The notes: a model not told the origin generated them from the letters alone. A stretch of DNA of 32,000 bases from Bacillota bacterium (GCA_023410645.1 JAEYPQ010000029.1:5298-37297), one strand, 5' to 3'; shown: positions 17,206-24,518, counted from the stretch's first letter. A program made the numbers and translations.

Positions 17206-19044
17206 TTACTTTTCCTCCCATCTTTTTAACTTTAGTTTATTTATAAATTCAATTTTATTTCCATCAGATAACATACAAATTGCTTCAAATGTACCAAGTT
17301 TTTGAGTTAAATCCTCCTCACTTAGTATATATTCATTCTTCTTTGATATTGAATAGCTTTCAGATAATCCAGACTTATTAGCTTTAAACTTATTAAATAA
17401 AAAATTATAATTGGTATTTTGTGAGCTTTCAGATAGACTAATAGTTTCATTTTCCTTAATCCTTTTACCAACAGATTTTATAATTTCTGAAATGGTATAA
17501 GTATCATCATTTCTAAACCAAATTTTATTAACTAAATTTTGTATTATTACTTTAGCAGCATATTCATTTTTTAAATTATTAATTAAAGATGTATAACTTT
17601 GCATGCTAATGATATTTATACATTTGTATTCCCTTGATAAAGAAAAAAATCTTGCATCTTCTACATTTGAAAATTCCTGATATTCATCACAGATAAAAAA
17701 AACATTTTGATATTTAGCTTTTTGAGATAAAACTTCTTTTTGAAATTCAAGTTTTAAGTAAGTAGAAATTATTTTTGATATAAGCCTATATTCGCCAATA
17801 TTTATTGATAGTACAATTATATTATTTGTGAGAAGATTACTTATATCATTTTTTCCACAAAACTTTTCATATATATTTTTATCAGAGATAAAAACACTTG
17901 TCATTCTTGTTATTTCAGCCCTTATAATTCCTATTGTTCTTTCATCTAATTTAAAATATTCATTTTTTATATTTAGAATTGCTGAATTCAAATTAAACAA
18001 ATCCGACTCTGAAAAGCTATCTTTTAAGATTTTCTCTTTAACGTCTTTAATTTTAATTTCTAGATAATCCTTATCGATTACCATCCTATGTAATTCAAAG
18101 AAATCTACATATTCATTATATATTCTAATTATAGTTATAATATCTCTGATGAAACTTTCTGCCTTGTCTAACCAAAATGAATCTGAATTACTAGTATCAG
18201 TTGTAAGGGTAAGTACTTGTCTTATCCTATTGCTTAACTCAACACTCGAAATATTAGGCCTATCTAAAGGATTATATATTATGTTTGTATCAAGTGATAT
18301 TTTAATTACATCTTTTGCCCTATTGTATTTGTCAGCCATTTTATCAACATACTTAAAATAATTACCTTTTACATCAATTATCACCCCGCCTATGCCCTTT
18401 TTTATCAATTCATCCAAAATGTTTGATATAGCGCTACTTGTTTTCCCACTACCTATACTACCAGTTATTAATATGTTTTGATATAATCCTGATTCAACTA
18501 AAAAAACTTCCTTATTTTTTTCAATTAATTCACCAAGTTTGACATTAATTTGATTATCATTATTTAATGACAACTCATTATTTTTTTGCTTTTTAATATA
18601 TATTTTATTAATAATGGAATATACTATGTATATGGTACAAAAAGAAAAGGTTATATAATAAACTAATTTAAATATAATTATATTTTTACCAAGAAAAGAT
18701 GAAACATTTATATTTTTATTGAATATAGTTATATGAATAAAATTTGAAACGAGAAAATTGTATGTAATAGAAATTTTGAATATTATAATTGTGGTGGATA
18801 CAAGCAGTATTAATATTAATTGCTTGTTCCACACCAGTGATTTAAAAAACATAAATGAAAAAAAAATTTTTGAATTCGAATTTTGTAAATCAAGGCTGCC
18901 AGTTACATTTTTCAGATATTTAATCTTTATAAATTTACTTAGCTTACTTCCAGTAATCGAAAATAAATAAGATTTATCCAAACAAGAAAGTAACTTCATT
19001 GAAATAAAAAATAAATAGAATAAAAGTTCAAAGAAGTAATGCAA
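17206..19044 (-). CDS. Divergent membrane-anchored T4CP-like P-loop ATPase (VirD4/TraD/TraG superfamily)
   Basis: A 612-aa ORF with several N-terminal TM helices. Walker A is ITGSIGSGKTSS. Other motifs are VIIDVKGNY, IYNPLD and SDSFWLDKAESF. Walker B is FFICDEYQEF, followed by IISMQSYTSL. The motif order mirrors that of the 643-aa T4CP at 3561-5492. It starts at TTG with an AGGTGA SD 5 nt upstream. Confidence 0.7.
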   Translation of the reverse strand: MHYFFELLFYLFFISMKLLSCLDKSYLFSITGSKLSKFIKIKYLKNVTGSLDLQNSNSKIFFSFMFFKSLVWNKQLILILLVSTTIIIFKISITYNFLVSNFIHITIFNKNINVSSFLGKNIIIFKLVYYITFSFCTIYIVYSIINKIYIKKQKNNELSLNNDNQINVKLGELIEKNKEVFLVESGLYQNILITGSIGSGKTSSAISNILDELIKKGIGGVIIDVKGNYFKYVDKMADKYNRAKDVIKISLDTNIIYNPLDRPNISSVELSNRIRQVLTLTTDTSNSDSFWLDKAESFIRDIITIIRIYNEYVDFFELHRMVIDKDYLEIKIKDVKEKILKDSFSESDLFNLNSAILNIKNEYFKLDERTIGIIRAEITRMTSVFISDKNIYEKFCGKNDISNLLTNNIIVLSINIGEYRLISKIISTYLKLEFQKEVLSQKAKYQNVFFICDEYQEFSNVEDARFFSLSREYKCINIISMQSYTSLINNLKNEYAAKVIIQNLVNKIWFRNDDTYTISEIIKSVGKRIKENETISLSESSQNTNYNFLFNKFKANKSGLSESYSISKKNEYILSEEDLTQKLGTFEAICMLSDGNKIEFINKLKLKRWEEK

Positions 19045-19061
19045 TTAAATCACCTGTGAAA

Positions 19062-19090
19062 ATTTTAACATCTGGTATTTGATATGTCAA
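19062..19090 (-). promoter_or_regulatory. Near-consensus sigma-A promoter of the T4SS-like operon
   Basis: The minus strand reads TTGACA (19090-19085), a 17-nt spacer, then TAAAAT (19067-19062). The SD AGGTGA and the TTG start follow within about 20 nt. Confidence 0.55.
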
Positions 19091-19132
19091 ACCTTTTATT
19101 ATTTTTCAACAATAATATACAAAACTTCTTAA

Positions 19133-19190
19133 TATTCGACATACTTTTTATAACTTTTATGTAATTTTATATACATTAAAATGTCGAATA
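19133..19190. repeat. 10-bp perfect inverted repeat TATTCGACAT / ATGTCGAATA separated by 38 nt, lying between divergent promoters
   Basis: The arms are at 19133-19142 and 19181-19190. The repeat has a CG-containing core in an otherwise extremely AT-rich spacer. Confidence 0.5.
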
Positions 19191-19253
19191 ATAAAGCAAT
19201 CATCTAGTCATACTATAAATTTCGCGTTTTTTCATTTTTTTTTATTAAACCTA

Positions 19254-19282
19254 TTGACTTTTTTTGAAAAGTATTGTATTAT
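19254..19282 (+). promoter_or_regulatory. Sigma-A promoter of the tRNA operon
   Basis: TTGACT (19254-19259), a 17-nt spacer, then TATTAT (19277-19282), about 20 nt upstream of tRNA-Lys. Confidence 0.6.
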
Positions 19283-19302
19283 ATATGAGCAGTACATTTT
19301 GT

Positions 19303-19378
19303 GGGCTATTAGCTCAGCTGGCAGAGCACTTGACTTTTAATCAAGTTGTCCCGCGTTCGAATCGCGGATAGCTCACCA
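19303..19378 (+). tRNA. tRNA-Lys (anticodon UUU), with encoded CCA
   Basis: The cloverleaf folds by hand. The acceptor stem is GGGCTAT/ATAGCTC (one G-U pair), the D arm is AGCTCAGCTGGCAGAGC, the anticodon arm is CTTGA-CTTTTAA-TCAAG and the T arm is CGCG-TTCGAAT-CGCG. Confidence 0.93.
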
Positions 19379-19384
19379 TAAAAT

Positions 19385-19459
19385 GGCCCGTTGGTCAATC
19401 GGTTAAGACATCGCCCTTTCACGGCGGAGTGAGGAGTTCGACTCTCCTACGGGTCACCA
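19385..19459 (+). tRNA. tRNA-Glu (anticodon UUC), with encoded CCA
   Basis: GGCCCGTTGGTCAA..., with anticodon arm TCGCC-CTTTCAC-GGCGG and T arm GGAG-TTCGACT-CTCC. It is very similar to Bacillus tRNA-Glu. Confidence 0.93.
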
Positions 19460-19472
19460 ACATATTGCAAAC

Positions 19473-19548
19473 GCTGGAATAGCTCAGCTGGTAGAGCAAC
19501 GGTCTTGTAAACCGTAGGTCGTCAGTTCAATTCTGACTTTCAGCTCCA
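19473..19548 (+). tRNA. tRNA-Thr (anticodon UGU), with encoded CCA
   Basis: The acceptor stem is GCTGGAA/TTTCAGC, the anticodon arm is ACGGT-CTTGTAA-ACCGT and the T arm is GTCAG-TTCAATT-CTGAC. Confidence 0.93.
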
Positions 19549-19562
19549 TTACATAATGGTAA

Positions 19563-19599
19563 AATCAAGCCTTTTTATAATATTAGGCTTGATTTTTTA
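19563..19599 (+). terminator. Intrinsic terminator of the tRNA operon
   Basis: An ATCAAGCCT...AGGCTTGAT hairpin followed by TTTTTT. Confidence 0.75.
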
Positions 19600-19640
19600 T
19601 AGATCACAAAAAATTCTAATCTTAAAATTCATTACTAAAA

Positions 19641-19669
19641 AAAGTCACTCCATAAAATGGAGTGACTTT
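19641..19669. terminator. Bidirectional hairpin terminator (the rsmA side is on the minus strand)
   Basis: AAAGTCACTCC-ATAAAAT-GGAGTGACTTT, with A/T runs on both sides. Confidence 0.7.
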
Positions 19670-19749
19670 TTAGATTTTTTAAGCATATATTGGATTGTTA
19701 TCATTACAGATGGGCAATTAATATATAAAGTGATTAAATAAAGATTTAG

Positions 19750-20619
19750 TTATAATTTTATCTTTTCAACTATTTTTATATATTCTTCTAATTCCAATTC
19801 TTCCGCTCTGCAATTTATATTAATTTCTAGGCCCATAAATAGGTTTTCTAGTGATTTTTTATCCATGTTATTAAATCTACATGATTCTAATGAATTAATC
19901 ATTTTTTTACGCCTTTGTGCAAACGCTGCATGTATTAATTTAAATAATAGCTGCTCATTTGAAGTTTTATATCTTTTTATCTTTTTTAACTTTATAACCG
20001 CAGATGTAACATCTGGCGCCGGTATAAAAGAAGAATTAGGCACTATTATTTCTATATTTGTCTCAGATAAGTATTTTACCATTAATGTTAAAATACCATA
20101 ATCCTTAGTCTTAGAATTTGCAACCATTCTCTCAGCCACTTCTTTTTGTACCATCACTACTATATCATCTATTCTATTATCATCTTCAAGTAGTTTAAAA
20201 ATTATTGGTGTAGTTATATAATATGGAAGATTAGCAACAACTTTTATATTACTATACTTTGTATTATTAGTTTTTTCTAAAGATTCAATTATTTCTTTTA
20301 AATTAACTTTTAGCACATCATCATTTATAATTTTATAATTACTTCTATTTCTGAATCTATCATTTAAAATTTCTATCATATTATTATCTATTTCAATCAA
20401 TAATAAGTATCCTGCTTTTTCAATAAGATATTCTGTTAAATTTCCAAGTCCTGGTCCTATTTCAATAACTAAATCATTATTTTCTATTTCTGATATCTTT
20501 GTAATTTTTTCAAGGACATTATCATCTATCAAAAAATTTTGCCCATACCTTTTATTTGCTCTTATATTATACTTACCTAATATTTGATTTGTAATTTTAT
20601 AAGTGTTTATTTCTTTCAT
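19750..20619 (-). CDS. rsmA: 16S rRNA (adenine1518/1519-N6)-dimethyltransferase
   Basis: GQNFLID, the SAM motif VIEIGPGLGNLT, and VANLPYYITTPII. Confidence 0.93.
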   Translation of the reverse strand: MKEINTYKITNQILGKYNIRANKRYGQNFLIDDNVLEKITKISEIENNDLVIEIGPGLGNLTEYLIEKAGYLLLIEIDNNMIEILNDRFRNRSNYKIINDDVLKVNLKEIIESLEKTNNTKYSNIKVVANLPYYITTPIIFKLLEDDNRIDDIVVMVQKEVAERMVANSKTKDYGILTLMVKYLSETNIEIIVPNSSFIPAPDVTSAVIKLKKIKRYKTSNEQLLFKLIHAAFAQRRKKMINSLESCRFNNMDKKSLENLFMGLEININCRAEELELEEYIKIVEKIKL

Positions 20620-20685
20620 TATTTACTCCTTATTTCTCCACATAACAAATAATTGCCAGTTAAACACTGACAATTATTAAATTTA

Positions 20686-21759
20686 CTATAGTCCACCATT
20701 TGCTATTAATCTATCTCTTATACTCTTTATTGAGTTACTATATTCTCTATTTAATACACCTTTACTAAAGCATAAACTATAATATATACCCTCACCCATG
20801 TTATATGAGTTTAATGCATATGCCTCAACTGAAGCTTCATCAGATACTTGAGTTCTTGCAGTACCAAAGTACTTAGATAAAAGGTACGCACCTGCTGTCA
20901 TATTATCATATGGGTCATAAAAATTATTTATTCCAAGTTTTGATCTCAGACTTGCATGGTTAGACACGTGTATTTGACAAAGTCCATATGAATTTCCTCC
21001 ACCTAAAGCTGACGGATTATATCCACTTTCTTTATACATCATAGCAAGGAATAATTCATATTGTATTCCATATTTTTTACAAATATTATATGCATATTCT
21101 TGTTGAGCAACTGGAAGTTTTATATTATATTGTCTAAAACCGGCATCAACTGGTGTAGAACTAACTGAAGTAACAATTGCACTTCTTGATACTATTGGTA
21201 CTATTTTTGTACCTACTTCTATAATTTTATTTTGTGGTTCAACTGTAACTTCTTGACCAAGCTCAGCTCTTAAAACCTCTTCATCATTTATATATTTAAC
21301 TAAATACTTAGTTGTTTTTTCGCCTTCTTTACCTTCTTGAGCTACATTACTTGTACCTCTATTTATAATAGGATTATCTTTTGTCTCTTCATTAAATGGT
21401 ATAGATTCAACTACTTCTTCTATTTTAGCAACCATTGGTGTATACTCACCATAAAAACTATCTAAATCTAATTTCGATAATTCCTCTGAAGAGTATATTT
21501 TTATTTCCATTCCATCAGTTACAACAGAATTACGTGCAGGTGATACACTTGCATTCTCACCTACATATATTTTATTTTGTAGTAAAAATGAATCTACTGT
21601 TCCAGATAAAGTCTTTATAGTTCTTACATCTCCATAATAGTTCAAAACTACACTTTTAACTTGGGTTGTAATTAATAATAGACCTGCTGTAGAAAATATT
21701 AATATAATAGTTATAACAATTACTACTTTTCTTAATATCTCCGATTTGCCTTCTTTCAC
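20686..21759 (-). CDS. YabE-like cell-wall protein: N-terminal TM anchor, DUF348-like repeats, G5 domain and a C-terminal SLT-type lytic transglycosylase
   Basis: The TM segment is VVIVITIILIFSTAGLLLI, the G5-like segment is ...VTVEPQNKIIEVGTK and the SLT signature is LFLAMMYKESGYNP...YGLCQI...AGAYLL. It sits next to rsmA, like B. subtilis yabE. Confidence 0.8.
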   Translation of the reverse strand: MKEGKSEILRKVVIVITIILIFSTAGLLLITTQVKSVVLNYYGDVRTIKTLSGTVDSFLLQNKIYVGENASVSPARNSVVTDGMEIKIYSSEELSKLDLDSFYGEYTPMVAKIEEVVESIPFNEETKDNPIINRGTSNVAQEGKEGEKTTKYLVKYINDEEVLRAELGQEVTVEPQNKIIEVGTKIVPIVSRSAIVTSVSSTPVDAGFRQYNIKLPVAQQEYAYNICKKYGIQYELFLAMMYKESGYNPSALGGGNSYGLCQIHVSNHASLRSKLGINNFYDPYDNMTAGAYLLSKYFGTARTQVSDEASVEAYALNSYNMGEGIYYSLCFSKGVLNREYSNSIKSIRDRLIANGGL

Positions 21760-22035
21760 AAAAAATTCCTCCTTATTTTGCGATAATTACATTATAACAC
21801 AATTTATACATTTTGTCAATTTTTTATTACTATTAGCTATGTTAGTAACCATAATTATGTGCCTATTTTCGTTTAAATTTTAACATTTTTTAAAATTTAT
21901 ATTATTTTTATTACATTAAAAACAAATACTAATATTACATTAAAATTTCATTTAAGAAAAATATATTGCATATATTTATATAACATGATAAAATGTATAA
22001 TGTCTATAAAATAAGACAAAAAGGAGGAATTTTAT

Positions 22036-22584
22036 ATGGTATGGATTATTTTAGGTATTTTGATTGTACTTATTCTCTTAATTATAGGATTATATAATAA
22101 TTTAGTACAACTTAAAATGCGTGTTAAAAATGCTTGGGCACAAATTGACACACAATTAAAAAGAAGATTTGATTTAATTCCAAATCTTGTTGAAACAGTA
22201 AAAGGATATATGACTCATGAAAAGAGTACATTAGAAGGTATAGTTGCTGCTAGAAATAGTTTTACATCAGCAAATAGTGTAAATGAAAAATCTGAGGCAA
22301 ATAATGCATTAACTAACACATTAAAAACTATGTTTGCACTTGCAGAAGCTTATCCTGAATTAAAAGCAAATGAAAATTTTGCTGCACTTCAAGTTGAACT
22401 TACATCAACAGAAGACAAAATAGCATATGCTAGACAATTCTATAATGATACAGTTCAAATGTATAATACTGCAATTTTATCTTTCCCACAAAATCTTTTT
22501 GCAAAAATGTTAGGTTTTACTGAAGAAAGTTTCTTCGAAATTACCGATGCAACACAAAAAGAAGCTGTTAAGGTTCAATTTTAG
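22036..22584 (+). CDS. lemA: LemA family membrane protein
   Basis: An N-terminal TM helix followed by YNNLVQLKMRVKNAWAQIDTQLKRRFDLIPNLVETVKGY and YNTAILSFPQNLFA, the canonical LemA sequence. A GGAGGA SD is present. Confidence 0.9.
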   Translation: MVWIILGILIVLILLIIGLYNNLVQLKMRVKNAWAQIDTQLKRRFDLIPNLVETVKGYMTHEKSTLEGIVAARNSFTSANSVNEKSEANNALTNTLKTMFALAEAYPELKANENFAALQVELTSTEDKIAYARQFYNDTVQMYNTAILSFPQNLFAKMLGFTEESFFEITDATQKEAVKVQF

Positions 22585-22596
22585 AAGGTATTAACT

Positions 22597-23490
22597 ATGA
22601 TATTAAAAGAAGTAAGAGATAATAAAATAGAATCTTTCTTTATAGTTTCTGCTTTTATACTTTTTATAACACTTATTATATATTTTATATGCTTTTACCT
22701 TGATTTAGGTCCTTTATCTGTTGTTATTGCAGTTTTATTTTCTACAATAACTTCACTTATTTCATATTATAACTGTGATAAAATAGTACTTAGTATGAAT
22801 AATGCAAGACCTGCAACTGAAGAAGAAGATAAATTACTTAGCACTATACTTGATAATTTATGTATTGCTTCTGGTCTTCCAAGACCAAAGTTATATATAA
22901 TTGATGATCCTTCACCTAATGCATTTGCAACAGGTAGAAATCCTGAAAATGCTGTTATTTGCTTTACTACTGGAATAATAGAAAAAATGAATAAATACGA
23001 ACTTGAAGGTGTAATGGCTCATGAATTATCACATGTAAAGAACTATGATATATTATTATCTACAGTTGTTTCGGTATTTGTTGGATTTGTAGTTATAGTA
23101 TCAGATTTAATTTTCCGTACACGTTTTATACGAGTACGAGATAATGATAGAGAAGGTGGAAATGCTAAAATAATTATTCAATTAGTTGGATTAGTTTTTC
23201 TATTACTTTCTCCTATATTTGCTACACTTATTCAACTTGCTATATCAAGGAAAAGAGAATTTCTAGCTGATGCATCTTCAGTAGAAATGACCAGAAATCC
23301 TTCTGGACTTATTTCTGCATTAAGAAAATTAGATGAAGATAATAACAGTATAAAAAATGTGAGTAAAGCTACTGCACATATGTATATAGTAAATCCACTA
23401 AAAGAAGAAAGAAAAAAAGAAAGATCTAATCTTTTTTCTACTCATCCATCAATCGATGAAAGAATAGAAAAGTTAGAACACATTAATTAA
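22597..23490 (+). CDS. htpX: HtpX-like M48 family zinc metalloprotease
   Basis: HELSHVKN (HExxH), a downstream EFLADA Glu ligand, 4 TM helices and PNAFATG. It starts 12 nt after lemA, the classic lemA-htpX pair. Confidence 0.9.
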   Translation: MILKEVRDNKIESFFIVSAFILFITLIIYFICFYLDLGPLSVVIAVLFSTITSLISYYNCDKIVLSMNNARPATEEEDKLLSTILDNLCIASGLPRPKLYIIDDPSPNAFATGRNPENAVICFTTGIIEKMNKYELEGVMAHELSHVKNYDILLSTVVSVFVGFVVIVSDLIFRTRFIRVRDNDREGGNAKIIIQLVGLVFLLLSPIFATLIQLAISRKREFLADASSVEMTRNPSGLISALRKLDEDNNSIKNVSKATAHMYIVNPLKEERKKERSNLFSTHPSIDERIEKLEHIN

Positions 23491-23500
23491 ATATATAAAA

Positions 23501-23529
23501 ATGATATAGTTTTTCTATATCATTTTTTA
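23501..23529 (+). terminator. Intrinsic terminator after htpX
   Basis: An ATGATATAG...CTATATCAT hairpin followed by TTTTTT. Confidence 0.7.
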
Positions 23530-23581
23530 TTGTTAAATTTAAATTTTAATGATATAATTAATAGATATAGGAGGAATAATT

Positions 23582-24094
23582 ATGGAAAAAATCAGAGGAT
23601 TTGAGGTATGCAAAGGATATGAAAATAAAAATATAACCATACCAGAAAGAAAAACAAGATGTTCTGTAGGATATGATATTGAAGCAGCAGAGGAAATTAT
23701 AATCCCTTCAATATGGAAAATAATATTTAAAAATTTTGGTAAGTATATAACTGGTTCAAAAGATTATGAGGAAATTAAACCAACGCTTATAAATACGGGG
23801 CTTAAATCATATTTTCAAGAGGATGAAATACTAGTTCTGGCAAATAAAAGTTCTCTACCTTTTAAAAAAGGATTAGTAATGGCTAATAGCATTGGCATAA
23901 TAGAAAGTGATTATTATGAAAATGAGTCAAATGACGGTCATTTAATGTATTCATATTATAACTTTTCACCAATTGATTTAACCATAAAAAAAGGGGATGC
24001 AATTGGACAAGCATACTTTCAAAAATTCCTTATAGCTGATGGTGATAAAGCAACTGGAAAAAGAATCGGGGGATATGGAAGCACATCAAAATAA
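23582..24094 (+). CDS. dut: dUTP diphosphatase (dUTPase family)
   Basis: A 170-aa ORF with ...RKTRCSVGYDIEAAEE, GIIESDYY and the C-terminal P-loop-like motif GGYGSTSK. These match trimeric dUTPase motifs as I recall them. Confidence 0.75.
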   Translation: MEKIRGFEVCKGYENKNITIPERKTRCSVGYDIEAAEEIIIPSIWKIIFKNFGKYITGSKDYEEIKPTLINTGLKSYFQEDEILVLANKSSLPFKKGLVMANSIGIIESDYYENESNDGHLMYSYYNFSPIDLTIKKGDAIGQAYFQKFLIADGDKATGKRIGGYGSTSK

Positions 24095-24100
24095 AATAAA

Positions 24101-24137
24101 CTGGCTAGTTAGATTAACTAACTGCCAGTAATTTTTT
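24101..24137. terminator. Hairpin terminator shared by convergent dut and the 99-aa gene
   Basis: CTGGCtAGTTAG...CTAACTGCCAG (one bulge) followed by TTTTTT. Confidence 0.6.
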
Positions 24138-24435
24138 ATGCTATATTCAGATTCAGATAATGATCTCCATCTCTAATCTCAACAATATCATCATCAAGAA
24201 TTGAAACTACGACCGGAAGCTTTTTTATTTCACTAGGGAAAACGTTTCTTAAATCCACCCAATTAAGGTGATTTCTGATATTGTCATTATCTTGTAATTT
24301 TACATATACATTTCTTACTTTACCTTTAACATAGATCCTCAAAGTCTGAAAATATGAATCTATCCTTTCATCATACTCAGGTTCTTCGATATTTAAATAA
24401 AGTACTCCTTCATACATTTCCACATTTCGCTTCAT
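24136..24435 (-). CDS. Hypothetical 99-aa acidic protein
   Basis: The ORF has an AAGGAGGAAA SD 5 nt from the ATG and a perfect consensus promoter. I recognise no family. Confidence 0.6.
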   Translation of the reverse strand: MKRNVEMYEGVLYLNIEEPEYDERIDSYFQTLRIYVKGKVRNVYVKLQDNDNIRNHLNWVDLRNVFPSEIKKLPVVVSILDDDIVEIRDGDHYLNLNIA

Positions 24436-24489
24436 ATATTTCCTCCTTAGTCATTAGTCATTTTAAGAAAAATTATTATTTACAGATCT

Positions 24490-24518
24490 ATTATAACAAA
24501 ATTCGACAAATTTGTCAA
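24490..24518 (-). promoter_or_regulatory. Perfect consensus sigma-A promoter (TTGACA-17-TATAAT) for the 99-aa gene, overlapping a 12-bp palindrome
   Basis: The minus strand reads TTGACA (24518-24513), a 17-nt spacer, then TATAAT (24495-24490). The palindrome GACAAATTTGTC at 24505-24516 covers part of the -35 hexamer and the spacer. Confidence 0.65.

Larger units (their letters stand above)
15698..19044 (-). mobile_element. Partial T4SS (MPF) module, either an ICE remnant or a domesticated unit: T4CP-like, Maff2/VirB2-like, VirB6-like, VirB3-like
   Basis: The gene order matches the leading part of Firmicute conjugation operons. The region is markedly more AT-rich than the neighbouring core genes. 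It lies next to a tRNA cluster. No integrase or att repeats are visible. Confidence 0.5.

Noticed and set aside
17206-19044. The idea that the 612-aa ATPase is the missing VirB4
   Set aside because: It has multiple N-terminal TM helices and the T4CP motif series (YNPL, DSFW, DEYQEF, MQS). It is about 200 aa shorter than Gram-positive VirB4/PrgJ/TcpF-type ATPases, which are soluble. The T4CP-first gene order also fits. A profile search is still needed to be certain.
19303-19548. The tRNA-Lys/Glu/Thr cluster as the integration site (attB) of the T4SS block
   Set aside because: The block lies on the 5' side of the cluster, behind the tRNA promoter, rather than at a tRNA 3' end. I could find no direct repeat of a tRNA 3' segment at the other edge of the block, and there is no integrase. 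The adjacency may be coincidental.
19556-19741. A 61-aa plus-strand ORF downstream of the tRNA cluster
   Set aside because: It spans two intrinsic terminator hairpins (19563-19599 and 19641-19669). It has no SD, and its hydrophobic translation is what AT-rich terminator DNA produces.
21760-22035. Long AT-rich intergenic region upstream of lemA containing the duplicated word ATTACATTAAAA; considered as a possible small RNA or repeat element
   Set aside because: There are only two short low-complexity copies and no convincing hairpins or conserved RNA motifs. The region is adequately explained by divergent promoters (for example TTGCAT-17-TAAAAT for lemA).
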